From a virus (Duplodnaviria; Caudoviricetes): a stretch of DNA of 64,000 nucleotides. Location: positions 447-64,446 of IMG/VR virus record IMGVR_UViG_3300048927_000140, one strand, 5' to 3'. The translations under genes were made by a program, and so were the position numbers. The notes beneath the pieces were generated by a model that ran no database searches, was not told the origin of the DNA, and saw only the letters and a list, made by a program, of their open reading frames with translations. Each line of letters begins with the position of its first letter. The first letter of the stretch is position 1. This document shows, piece by piece, positions 56,123 through 64,000 of the stretch.

Positions 56123-56547
56123 GTGTTTGGTCCTGCGGTTTCTTGGAATCGAATATCCAGAGGTTGCTTGGTCAGCGAGTCAGTCCCATAGATGCGCACT
56201 TCGTACCCCGGTATGTTCAAGTTGGGTACGATGGAGGTCTTGGAATAGTCAAGCTGGATGCGTGGCTCCCAGCGCTGAATTGCCTGTATCATCGAGATGC
56301 GCATTTTTGCCGCGGTGATGGCATCTATGGGCTCTTGCAAAAAGTAAAGCCATTCCGAACCATACTCAGGCTGGAACGTTTTACCTCTGGCCCCGATCGG
56401 GCAGTTGAATAGATTGTACAGGCTGGACTGTGTTATAGCGAGTGAGTCGGGAAGGCGGTCTGGCAGAGGACCTTGCGTTACTCGCGTGTACACGTCAACC
56501 CAGGTTGCCCCCGTTAGGGACAACTCGTATGAAGTTGGTAGTGGCAT
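56119..56547 (-). CDS. Baseplate gp25/gpW-like protein
   Basis: SLYNLFNCPIGAR..FQPEYGS, AIQRWEPRI. Confidence 0.88.
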   Translation of the reverse strand: MPLPTSYELSLTGATWVDVYTRVTQGPLPDRLPDSLAITQSSLYNLFNCPIGARGKTFQPEYGSEWLYFLQEPIDAITAAKMRISMIQAIQRWEPRIQLDYSKTSIVPNLNIPGYEVRIYGTDSLTKQPLDIRFQETAGPNT

Positions 56548-56550
56548 TAT

Positions 56551-56814
56551 TTACTCCGCATTTTTGTTTGGGCTGCCTGAGTTGATGACTGCACCGCATC
56601 CCGCTACGGCCCCCACGGTGATTACCAGCCTGCCATTCACGAACGTCTTGACCGTTATGGCGGTGAGTGGCGTAGTACCGTGACTTGATATACCACATCG
56701 GTGCATATCGCCTTGACGCGCTATGCCGCGCCCGTCGCAAGTTGCGTTTGAGGACGCGGAGATGATGGTACCGCCGTGGCTTGATGTATCTCCTAGTCGG
56801 GCTATGGCGCTCAT
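56551..56814 (-). CDS. PAAR spike-tip protein
   Basis: IARLGD.SSHGG.I, IARQGD.H.C...HG, VNGR....G....CGA.I..GS. Confidence 0.9.
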   Translation of the reverse strand: MSAIARLGDTSSHGGTIISASSNATCDGRGIARQGDMHRCGISSHGTTPLTAITVKTFVNGRLVITVGAVAGCGAVINSGSPNKNAE

Positions 56815-56821
56815 GCTGTTC

Positions 56822-57556
56822 TCAATTCAGATTGACCGAGGAGCCGCTGATGTTAACGGATCCGGTCGATGTTATGTTGGTCGTGCCAGTGACAGCCAGG
56901 GTGGCGCCTGCGCCTACCTGCGCGTTTAGCGATCCCTGGACGTTGATCTGTGCGTTTCCTACTACAGTAAAATTCAGGCTCGACTTGTATTCGGTAGTCA
57001 CAGCGCCGGTCACTGTCTCAGTCAACGTTCCTTTGGTCTCTGTTGTCTCGTTGCCGTCGATAGTTGTTTTCGAGTTGGCTACGTCGTGGATTTCAACGTT
57101 GCCTTGACCATCGTACTTGATGCTATCGCCACTCTGGTGAGTCCACTCCCAAGCACCGGTCTCGTAGTTCACCCAGAGTTCAGAGCCGCCCGGATCCTTG
57201 TAGCCCCAGGTCTTAGGATCCTTGAACTTCGGATTGGCGTGAGCCGCAAGATACTCGTCGGCCTCGTATATGGGATAGCTGGGGTCACCGTTCTGGAATC
57301 TGATGCGTACGGGACTACCCACAGCAGGAGTCCCGTACACGCCGTAGCCCGGACCCTGGCCGAAAGGGCTGTGCTTTGATGGCAGGCACCAGGGGATCGG
57401 ACCTTGATCCGAGTCCAGCAGGTTGGGGATCTTCACCTTGATACGGCTGATGCCCACCGGGTCGTCATTCACCACGACTTCGCCAATTACGGCTCCGTCG
57501 TATTTATCATCAGCCGTTGCTTCCTGCAAGCGGTCATTCACCGAGTTCATCGTCAT
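56822..57556 (-). CDS. Baseplate central spike (gpV/gp5 OB fold plus beta-helix)
   Basis: GEVV.NDDP....RIKV.IP, PW, P.VGS.V.I.FQNGD..YPIY; beta-helical repeats; ends VNLN. Confidence 0.88.
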   Translation of the reverse strand: MTMNSVNDRLQEATADDKYDGAVIGEVVVNDDPVGISRIKVKIPNLLDSDQGPIPWCLPSKHSPFGQGPGYGVYGTPAVGSPVRIRFQNGDPSYPIYEADEYLAAHANPKFKDPKTWGYKDPGGSELWVNYETGAWEWTHQSGDSIKYDGQGNVEIHDVANSKTTIDGNETTETKGTLTETVTGAVTTEYKSSLNFTVVGNAQINVQGSLNAQVGAGATLAVTGTTNITSTGSVNISGSSVNLN

Positions 57557-58668
57557 TGTGGGACCTCATTCGTTCCGTGTCGGCACATGCCGAGTTTTTC
57601 CTGATACTGCGCACCCTGCACATAGATTGCGTGTCCACTTACGGTGTACACGCCACTGTTGGGCACGTCCTGTTTTGTGGTCTCGGTCTGGATCGCCAGA
57701 TTGACCCTATCGCCCAGCAGAATGTCGTTCACGTCGATCATCATGGCGTCAATCCCGTAGCTGAACAGATTACGATAGCGCAGGTTCTGATAGTCTGCCT
57801 TCTCGTAGTTCTCGTGGACGTTGCCGCAATCGATGGGTCCGAAGCGTACCGCGCCACGTTCCAGCTCGGTCTTGAGTTGCTGGTTGTAATGTGGGTTCTT
57901 CACGTCAGGAGTGAAGCTCAAGTCCTCCAAGAAGATTTGAGTCTCGTCCGCAGTCACTGACTGGCTGACCCGCATGCTGTTGTAGCCGCTCAGCGCATTG
58001 TTCAGGCCGCTGGAAGCATTCAGGCTTACATCGGACGCAGTGAGCGCGTCCTCGGCAAACGTGTAGGCCACGATCTTGACTTGAGGCTCAGGCAGATCAT
58101 TGATGTTACGCAGGCGCATAGTACCATCGAGGTCTACCCCAAAGATCATGCACGAGGTGTCGGAGACCCATGTGTGAGCCACAATGTCTTTGGCCCATGC
58201 CCTGTAAGTGCGATTGCGTGGCACCCAGATCTGGCTGTCATTGGTAGTTGGGCCGTCGTACTTCAGGCCACACGTGGACGCGATCTCCTGCAACACGTTG
58301 GACGCCGTGCCCTCCAAAGCTTTGACCGAGGTACCCGCCCAGTACAGAGGAGCATCCCAGTAGCCGTAGATGGTCCACCGCCAATTCTCGCCAGTAAAGA
58401 CCCGCTGACTGTTGAATTTGCGGAACACGTAGGTTCTACTGTTCTTGCCATTAGGCTTCACTACGACCCGTATAGGAGCCCCATCCAGCAGGCCTATACG
58501 GTCTATTACGTGCTGTACGTCGTCTATCTGAAAGCCCAGAACTGGCAGGGAATGGCGCACCGTAGTGGCTATATGCAGCCAGTTCAGGAGATTGATGGCA
58601 TCCAGTGGATACTCCACATCGTTGATAAAGATACTGACTTCGATCCTGTCGTTGACGATATAGCTCAT
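57553..58668 (-). CDS. Baseplate hub (gp27/Mu gp44-like)
   Basis: Directly upstream of the spike; S..LQEIA..CGL, GD.V, SGVY.V... Confidence 0.7.
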   Translation of the reverse strand: MSYIVNDRIEVSIFINDVEYPLDAINLLNWLHIATTVRHSLPVLGFQIDDVQHVIDRIGLLDGAPIRVVVKPNGKNSRTYVFRKFNSQRVFTGENWRWTIYGYWDAPLYWAGTSVKALEGTASNVLQEIASTCGLKYDGPTTNDSQIWVPRNRTYRAWAKDIVAHTWVSDTSCMIFGVDLDGTMRLRNINDLPEPQVKIVAYTFAEDALTASDVSLNASSGLNNALSGYNSMRVSQSVTADETQIFLEDLSFTPDVKNPHYNQQLKTELERGAVRFGPIDCGNVHENYEKADYQNLRYRNLFSYGIDAMMIDVNDILLGDRVNLAIQTETTKQDVPNSGVYTVSGHAIYVQGAQYQEKLGMCRHGTNEVPQ

Positions 58669-58678
58669 GATTTCCTCG

Positions 58679-59020
58679 TCAGATCGTGAACGTCTGCTGT
58701 TGCGAGTGCAGTTGTTCGTTCAGATAAGCAATGACCGCGGCCTTTGCTGGTAGGTTCAGTATCTGCCCGGCCCACATATCCTGAATCGCATCCTGCAGAC
58801 CGTTGAAGGCCAGAATCATCCTCCACATCGAAACGTCGCCGTAGACACGGAAGGCAAGGCCAGCTAAGTTGCCAATGTCGGACTCCTTGACAGTGACGGT
58901 CTGAACCGTCGGCAACGCAAACCGTATGTTCTTGTACGCGCTCTTGAATTGATCGTAAGCCTCACCGCTGCTATCCAGAGGGGTGAAGCGCGTGTAATCG
59001 TAATCGTTGGATACGCTCAT
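58679..59020 (-). CDS. Baseplate gp53/LysM-like protein
   Basis: LAFRVYGD..MWR.IL.FNGL.D......GQ.L.LP. Confidence 0.8.
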   Translation of the reverse strand: MSVSNDYDYTRFTPLDSSGEAYDQFKSAYKNIRFALPTVQTVTVKESDIGNLAGLAFRVYGDVSMWRMILAFNGLQDAIQDMWAGQILNLPAKAAVIAYLNEQLHSQQQTFTI

Positions 59021-59841
59021 CGCTGTCCTCCGCTAAAGATTTGATCGAGATCCTGCTGGGTCACGAGGAATAGGGGCTTGAAGCGCAGGTTGACTTTCGA
59101 GTGCAGCGGCAGGCCGGTGCGAAAATCGATCTGGTGGCTCTTGGTCTCTTGAGCATTCAGAATGACCACGCTATCAAAGAAAGCGTAGTTACCGATCTGG
59201 ATCGAGATCTGGTTCCGCACAATCGACTTCCAGTATTGCGCACCGCCGAGCCCGTTCTCTACAGCGGTCGGCGTGACGTTGGCTTTCTGATTGGAGTTCA
59301 AGTTGTCTGTCTGCGCATTCAACTTGGACACGTTCAGGCGTCCCTTGAAGCCAATGGCGGCGGCGCTTGCGTTCAACACCTGCTTGCCGCTGTTGGCCAA
59401 CTGGGAGCCACCGCTGCTCAAAATCTTGCCCGTGTCCTCCAAAGAGATTCTAGGGCCGGGGCTTTGCAGCAGACCCGTGGCCGTATCGATAGACGCGGCC
59501 GCCAGCTTAAGCAGGGTCAGAACCGGCTGACGAACGTCCTTGTCGGGATCATCGTATGTCTGAAACTCCAGCTCCAGACCAATATCGTTCTCCGTCGAGC
59601 CTTGCCACAGCTGGGCCGTCATCGCTTGCGTGGTGACGCGCACACCTGCGGAGGACAGCGCTTGGCTCAACGCACCTTGGCTCAGCATGCCTTGGGCAAA
59701 GGGCGTGCTGTATTCAGAAGCCGTATCGTAGGCCAGCGTATCAGGCAGAGGAGCCTGCACTGTCGCTCCTGCGATGCTCGGATTCTTTGGGTCTGGGACT
59801 TGCTTGATAATCACAAGATAGTCCGGATTGTTAATACGCAT
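59017..59841 (-). CDS. Tail tube initiator (gp48/gp54-like)
   Basis: Position between lysozyme and gp53-like genes; W.GS....LEL, I.IG.Y, G.P...V.L.F. Confidence 0.6.
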   Translation of the reverse strand: MRINNPDYLVIIKQVPDPKNPSIAGATVQAPLPDTLAYDTASEYSTPFAQGMLSQGALSQALSSAGVRVTTQAMTAQLWQGSTENDIGLELEFQTYDDPDKDVRQPVLTLLKLAAASIDTATGLLQSPGPRISLEDTGKILSSGGSQLANSGKQVLNASAAAIGFKGRLNVSKLNAQTDNLNSNQKANVTPTAVENGLGGAQYWKSIVRNQISIQIGNYAFFDSVVILNAQETKSHQIDFRTGLPLHSKVNLRFKPLFLVTQQDLDQIFSGGQR

Positions 59842-61328
59842 TATAGCCTCACCAGGGAATTGTTTGGACCTCTCACAAGGTCCGTCTGTGGTTTACTTGG
59901 AGTCGCAGCGACTACAGGTTTGTTGCTGGTCTTGGCCGCAGTTGTCTTGGCGGGTTGTTGCTCCAGCGTCTTACCTTGAGCCATCTGCGGCACATCCTGA
60001 ATGGGTTCGGTTGTTGTGTTCGCTTCCTGATACGCCGTCTCATAGCGTCCCTTTTGGAACTGTAGGAACTTCTCAGGAGTGTTGATAGCGCCTGTCATTC
60101 CGTTCTTGCGCATAGCGTCGATTGTACTGGCGCTTGCACTGCGTCCCTTCATCACGTCTATGATTCCGGGTCCGATGTTGTGCATCATGTAGAGATTGGC
60201 GCCAGTGATCGGAATGCCTGCCCTTCGTAGCATCTCTGCATTTCCGGAAGCAAGCAGGCCAGTGGCAAGCGTGTTGATTCTGCGATTAAAGCGCGGGTCC
60301 TGCTCAGTACGGAAGTTACCGTTTGGATTAGGCTTGATGTGGGGCTTGATCGGACGACCTTTCTCATCCTTCTCCTCGCCGTAGATACCAGTGATGCGCG
60401 TCATGCCAAGCTGCGCGCCTCCTTTCGATATCAAGGAATTCCAGGTGCCGGCCGTAAACTGACCAGTACCGATTGCACCCGTTGGAGACATATTGCCGGT
60501 CCAGCCGGCCTCCATCTTGATGAAGCCTCGAAGCTCTGGCTCGGGCAGAATCGGATACTTGACAGCCGTCTCGTGGATATAGCTGTCCATCTCGTCCCCA
60601 AAGCCTTGGAACTTGGAGCCTTTCTTTGGAACGAATACTTTTGGACGTTCGACGACGCGCTCGATGGCTTGCACCGGCGCGCTCTGCCTTACGGTTTCTA
60701 CTGCTTGCTCGAATCGAGTCTTTGGTGGCTCCGGCGTAGGAGCTACTTCGGGTGCTGCCTGTCCATCGACCACTGCACCGGTTGGTGCTGTCTCCTCGAC
60801 TTCAACGATCTCTGGTGCAGCACCGCCGCCCCATTTCTTCCACGCCATATAGCCACCAGCGCCCAAGGCCGCTACAGCGAGTATGCCAAGTCCTATGGGC
60901 GTGGCGACTAGGGCAGTCAGCGCTGTGGCCACCAGTTCGATGGCCGGCAGAATGACGAAGCGCAGCAGCGTGCGTGCTGCGATCCGCACAATGTTCATAG
61001 CCATACGCGCAGCAAACCGAAGTATGGGCTGAACGATGGCCTTGAAGACACGCTTGCCAATGAATTTGAGCACGCGGCTCAACAGCTTGCTCATGATGCC
61101 GCTGTCCTCATCCTCCTCGGCGGTTTTAACAGCCATGCCCATCAGATGCACAATCGAAGCCTTGGCCTCGTCTTGTGCATCCTTCTTTTTGCTCAGCTTA
61201 TCAAGCAGGCGGCCAAGACGACCGGACCATGTGGACAATTGGGTTGCGGCAACCACACCCTCGGCCGCATCGTCCGGAACCTTGTCCTTTGACTTGCTGC
61301 GCTTGAAGCGGTCTAGCGTGTATTTCAT
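59841..61328 (-). CDS. Tail-associated lytic transglycosylase with hydrophobic (tape-measure-like) segment
   Basis: IKME.G, GAIGTGQF...TW, LYM.HN.GPG; N-terminal hydrophobic LVATPIGLGILAVAALG. Confidence 0.75.
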   Translation of the reverse strand: MKYTLDRFKRSKSKDKVPDDAAEGVVAATQLSTWSGRLGRLLDKLSKKKDAQDEAKASIVHLMGMAVKTAEEDEDSGIMSKLLSRVLKFIGKRVFKAIVQPILRFAARMAMNIVRIAARTLLRFVILPAIELVATALTALVATPIGLGILAVAALGAGGYMAWKKWGGGAAPEIVEVEETAPTGAVVDGQAAPEVAPTPEPPKTRFEQAVETVRQSAPVQAIERVVERPKVFVPKKGSKFQGFGDEMDSYIHETAVKYPILPEPELRGFIKMEAGWTGNMSPTGAIGTGQFTAGTWNSLISKGGAQLGMTRITGIYGEEKDEKGRPIKPHIKPNPNGNFRTEQDPRFNRRINTLATGLLASGNAEMLRRAGIPITGANLYMMHNIGPGIIDVMKGRSASASTIDAMRKNGMTGAINTPEKFLQFQKGRYETAYQEANTTTEPIQDVPQMAQGKTLEQQPAKTTAAKTSNKPVVAATPSKPQTDLVRGPNNSLVRL

Positions 61329-61338
61329 GATACCCTCA

Positions 61339-63051
61339 TCAAGTCAGCATCCCCAGGTTGAGGATATTCATTGCCGAGTCATTGGAGTCAAAGCCAAAGC
61401 TACCCATGCCGATCTGTGCCAAAGCAGCGCCGCCCTTAGACTGATCCGCCGTCTGTGCTTCTTCGGCCTGGCGAGGTTCGATGGCTTTGCCCGGCACGTA
61501 TTTTGGCATGTCGCCAATAACTTCCGTACGTGGGGCAGCGCTAGAATTCGACAGAACCTGCGACGGAGATATCGGAGCCGTCTGCACAGCATTGTCCGCA
61601 GCACTTGGAGACGTACTCGGACTCGGCTTTGCGATCTCGCCTGGGGCAGCGCCAGACACAGCGGCTTGCGCCTCAGCTTTTGATACTTCGGCAGGAGTAG
61701 TCTGAGCCGGAACCGTCGCTGATGCTGGAACCTCAGCGGCGGTAGTTGGCGCTACGGCTTCGGTCTTCTGTTCACCTGCACGCTGTTTGAACTGTGTGAC
61801 CTTTAGGGTCAGCATGTTGACAGTGTTCTGGGCGTCCTCTACAGCTTTCTTGTTGGCTGGAGTAGGGTTAGACTTGTACGCGGCTTTCGCACGCTCCAAG
61901 GAGACCTTGGCAGCTTCCAACTGCGACTCACGGCGCGGCAGGTCAGCTTTCGCTTCGGCGGGCGTGATCTCTTTCGGCAGTGGCCCGGTCTGCGTGTTCT
62001 GTTTGAGCGGATCTACCTTAGTCTCAGGCTTCGGTACGGTTGCTTTTTTCTTGTCGCCTCCGCCAAAGAACGCCTTAACCTTTTCGACCACGGCGTCCAG
62101 TGCGTCCGATCCCATCTTCTTGGCCTCGGTCCACATGTTGTCCACGTACTTCGATATTTGATCGAAGTTCAGATACTGGGACACTGCGTCGGTAATGGAC
62201 TCAATCAGCTTTGGGTTCATCAAGGCGGCAAGTAGCGGACCACCAAGTAGCTTGATGATGTTTGCCAACTTGCCGCCACCTGCTTTTGCCTTACTGAGTC
62301 CTTTCTTGAATGGCTCGAAGATGGACTTGAGGCGACGCATCCAGATGCCCGCCTTCTTGTCTTCGTCGTCATCGTTGTTACGACCGCGAATGCGATCATA
62401 GAGGGCGCTCACCTTGTCCTTTGCAGTGGTCGCCGCATCTTTGATGACCTGAATCATCGTACGACGCTGCTGGTCTTCGGTGGTGCGACGACGAAGCATG
62501 CGGTCCATGAGGGATCGGCGCTCTGTGCCAGACTCAGGAGCTTGTCCGTGAGCCTGTATGAAGCGCTCCATCAACGAGCGTTGCTCAGGCGTTGCAGCAA
62601 CTTCACCTGGGGCAGGCGCACGCTCGACACGCTCTTGAGGTAGATTACGAATGCGCTCAAGCGCCTCGGTCACCTTGTTGCGTATCTCCTTCGACTGATT
62701 CTCGAACTCATCGTGGACCTGCCCCAGAATGTCCTCGATAGCGCTGGCCATCACGTCCTTGAATGTCTTCTCAAACAGACGGTCCTGCGCTTTCTCTGAC
62801 AGGGGCTTCTTGCCTTGAGCCTGACGCTCCTCATCGATCTTGCGAACGATAGCGTTGGTAGTCTGCACCGCGTCCTCAACACCCTGATCGAATATCTGAC
62901 CAGCCAGCTCATGCTGTTCGTTCAGTATCGCGGACAGGGCGCTCAGATCGGCCTCGGTGCTCTTGCCACTCAGGATCTTATCGATGTGGGACTGGCCTTG
63001 ATCTTGCAGCGAGTCCCACTTCTTTTGATCCTTTGGTTTAAGACCAGCCAT
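61339..63051 (-). CDS. Helical tail protein, tape-measure-like
   Basis: Coiled-coil rich 570 aa with a hydrophobic patch (LLGGPLLAAL) and Ala/Pro linker, upstream of the lysozyme gene. Confidence 0.55.
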   Translation of the reverse strand: MAGLKPKDQKKWDSLQDQGQSHIDKILSGKSTEADLSALSAILNEQHELAGQIFDQGVEDAVQTTNAIVRKIDEERQAQGKKPLSEKAQDRLFEKTFKDVMASAIEDILGQVHDEFENQSKEIRNKVTEALERIRNLPQERVERAPAPGEVAATPEQRSLMERFIQAHGQAPESGTERRSLMDRMLRRRTTEDQQRRTMIQVIKDAATTAKDKVSALYDRIRGRNNDDDEDKKAGIWMRRLKSIFEPFKKGLSKAKAGGGKLANIIKLLGGPLLAALMNPKLIESITDAVSQYLNFDQISKYVDNMWTEAKKMGSDALDAVVEKVKAFFGGGDKKKATVPKPETKVDPLKQNTQTGPLPKEITPAEAKADLPRRESQLEAAKVSLERAKAAYKSNPTPANKKAVEDAQNTVNMLTLKVTQFKQRAGEQKTEAVAPTTAAEVPASATVPAQTTPAEVSKAEAQAAVSGAAPGEIAKPSPSTSPSAADNAVQTAPISPSQVLSNSSAAPRTEVIGDMPKYVPGKAIEPRQAEEAQTADQSKGGAALAQIGMGSFGFDSNDSAMNILNLGMLT

Positions 63052-63060
63052 GTTGCTCTC

Positions 63061-63960
63061 CTATTCTAGCCGACACCTATCGAAATGCCAGCGTTGAAAT
63101 CCAGGTCCTCGACCCGATCTTCCACATCTGTCACAGGTGCGCTCAATCTTTGTGTATGAATTCGGTTGTGCGGCAATACGCTTCATCGCCGCACTGATTT
63201 TCTTTTTCTGTTCCTCAGTGTTCGGAATGCCCAAGTGTGCGAGACGGTTTATCTGTTTGGACTCTTCCGACATCTTTCGACCTTTGGCCGCCACACTCAT
63301 TTTGTGCTTTGCCTCGTCGGTGTGCTTACGCCCGGATCTTCCTGTAAGTGTCTTACTAATCTTGGCCCGCACTTCATCCGTCATCTCGTACATGCGCTTT
63401 CCTCTGTGGATGCGACTCATATGACACTTGTGCGCTTCTGTATGTCGATGGCCCGGTATGCCGTTTCCACCACAGTCCAGATTAGCCAGAGGACCTATAC
63501 CATCACAATGACGACCTATACCGGCTATGAGGTCTATCTCTAAAGCCAGAGCCAACGCTTCGTCTACCTTTGTCGGCGTCGCTATGCGTATCGGCTCCAA
63601 GCCGGCAGCCTGAATCTTTCGTATGATGTTCAACTTGCGCGTCGTTTTCTTAGAACGCTTGGCTTCGGTCAGGTGTCCATTGATTCGGTTACCTTTTCCT
63701 TTACCAACGTAATACGGCTCATAGTCGAAACTGACTATTTTGACTGAAGGAAGTTTGTATTTGAATCTGCCCGGCTTACGCGGATCCAAATAGACGTAGC
63801 AGTAATAGTCCTTGTTCAGAACGAGACTGCACTGACGATTAGCATACGAAAGATCGGTGATCCGATCTGCTAGAATTTGAAGGCGTTCTTTTGGCGGCAC
63901 AGACGAGACTGTGGAGACGTGCTCGGCGATAATGGCCGATACGGTCGGGGCTGGATACAT
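63061..63960 (-). mobile_element. Free-standing GIY-YIG (LEM-3-like) homing endonuclease with NUMOD3 repeats
   Basis: YCYVYLDPR...PYYVGKGKGNR..H, E..LI..IGR, L.N...GG.G; NUMOD3 repeats HTEAHK, HTDEAKHKMS, NTEEQKKKIS. Confidence 0.85.
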
Positions 63961-64000
63961 GATAACCTCACAGAGTTAGGTGACTGAACACAGGAGGTAT

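Noticed and set aside
56548-56555. AGTAAATA copy before the gp25 gene
   Set aside because: It is formed by the PAAR stop codon directly abutting the next ATG, leaving no room for a leader; probably coincidental.
56119-58668. PAAR, spike and gp25 as a type VI secretion system or tailocin
   Set aside because: Capsid, protease and replication genes are present and no T6SS membrane or ClpV genes are; this is a myovirus baseplate.
1-64000. Stop-codon reassignment
   Set aside because: Conserved genes are full length in the standard code, and TAA, TAG and TGA all end genes that abut the next start.

Overview
This window is part of a lytic jumbo myovirus genome, with no host genes, integrase, tRNA or CRISPR array seen. 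Gene content and order resemble the Lu11/PaBG/RSL1/BcepSaruman-type jumbo phages; this is recognition from memory, not a database result. Layout: (1) 1-19.3 kb, + strand, head and tail operon: zincin protease, 1542-aa SNF2 ATPase, prohead protease, acidic scaffold, decoration protein, major capsid, sheath and tube, interspersed with small unrelated ORFs sharing an N-terminal '(I/V)NAxxRLxA' peptide. (2) 19.5-34.5 kb, - strand, replication/recombination block: DnaB, UvsW-like helicase, beta clamp, SbcC/Rad50, clamp loader and Cas4-like nuclease. (3) 34.5-50 kb, mostly + strand: two large fibre genes each followed by a pair of six-repeat propeller-like paralogues, a 5'-3' exonuclease, a lysis cassette (LydA-like holin, two membrane proteins, GH19 endolysin), head-fibre-like genes and a TraR-like zinc finger. 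(4) 50-64 kb, - strand, baseplate operon: fibre, wedges, gp25, PAAR, spike, hub, gp53-like, lytic transglycosylase and a GIY-YIG/NUMOD3 homing endonuclease. Best novel candidates: a capsid-targeting leader peptide plus protease site system that would package unrelated cargo proteins; fibre-specific docking peptides on interchangeable propeller adhesins; and two phage promoter motifs (AGTAAATA, NAATTT) plus a conserved terminator tail.
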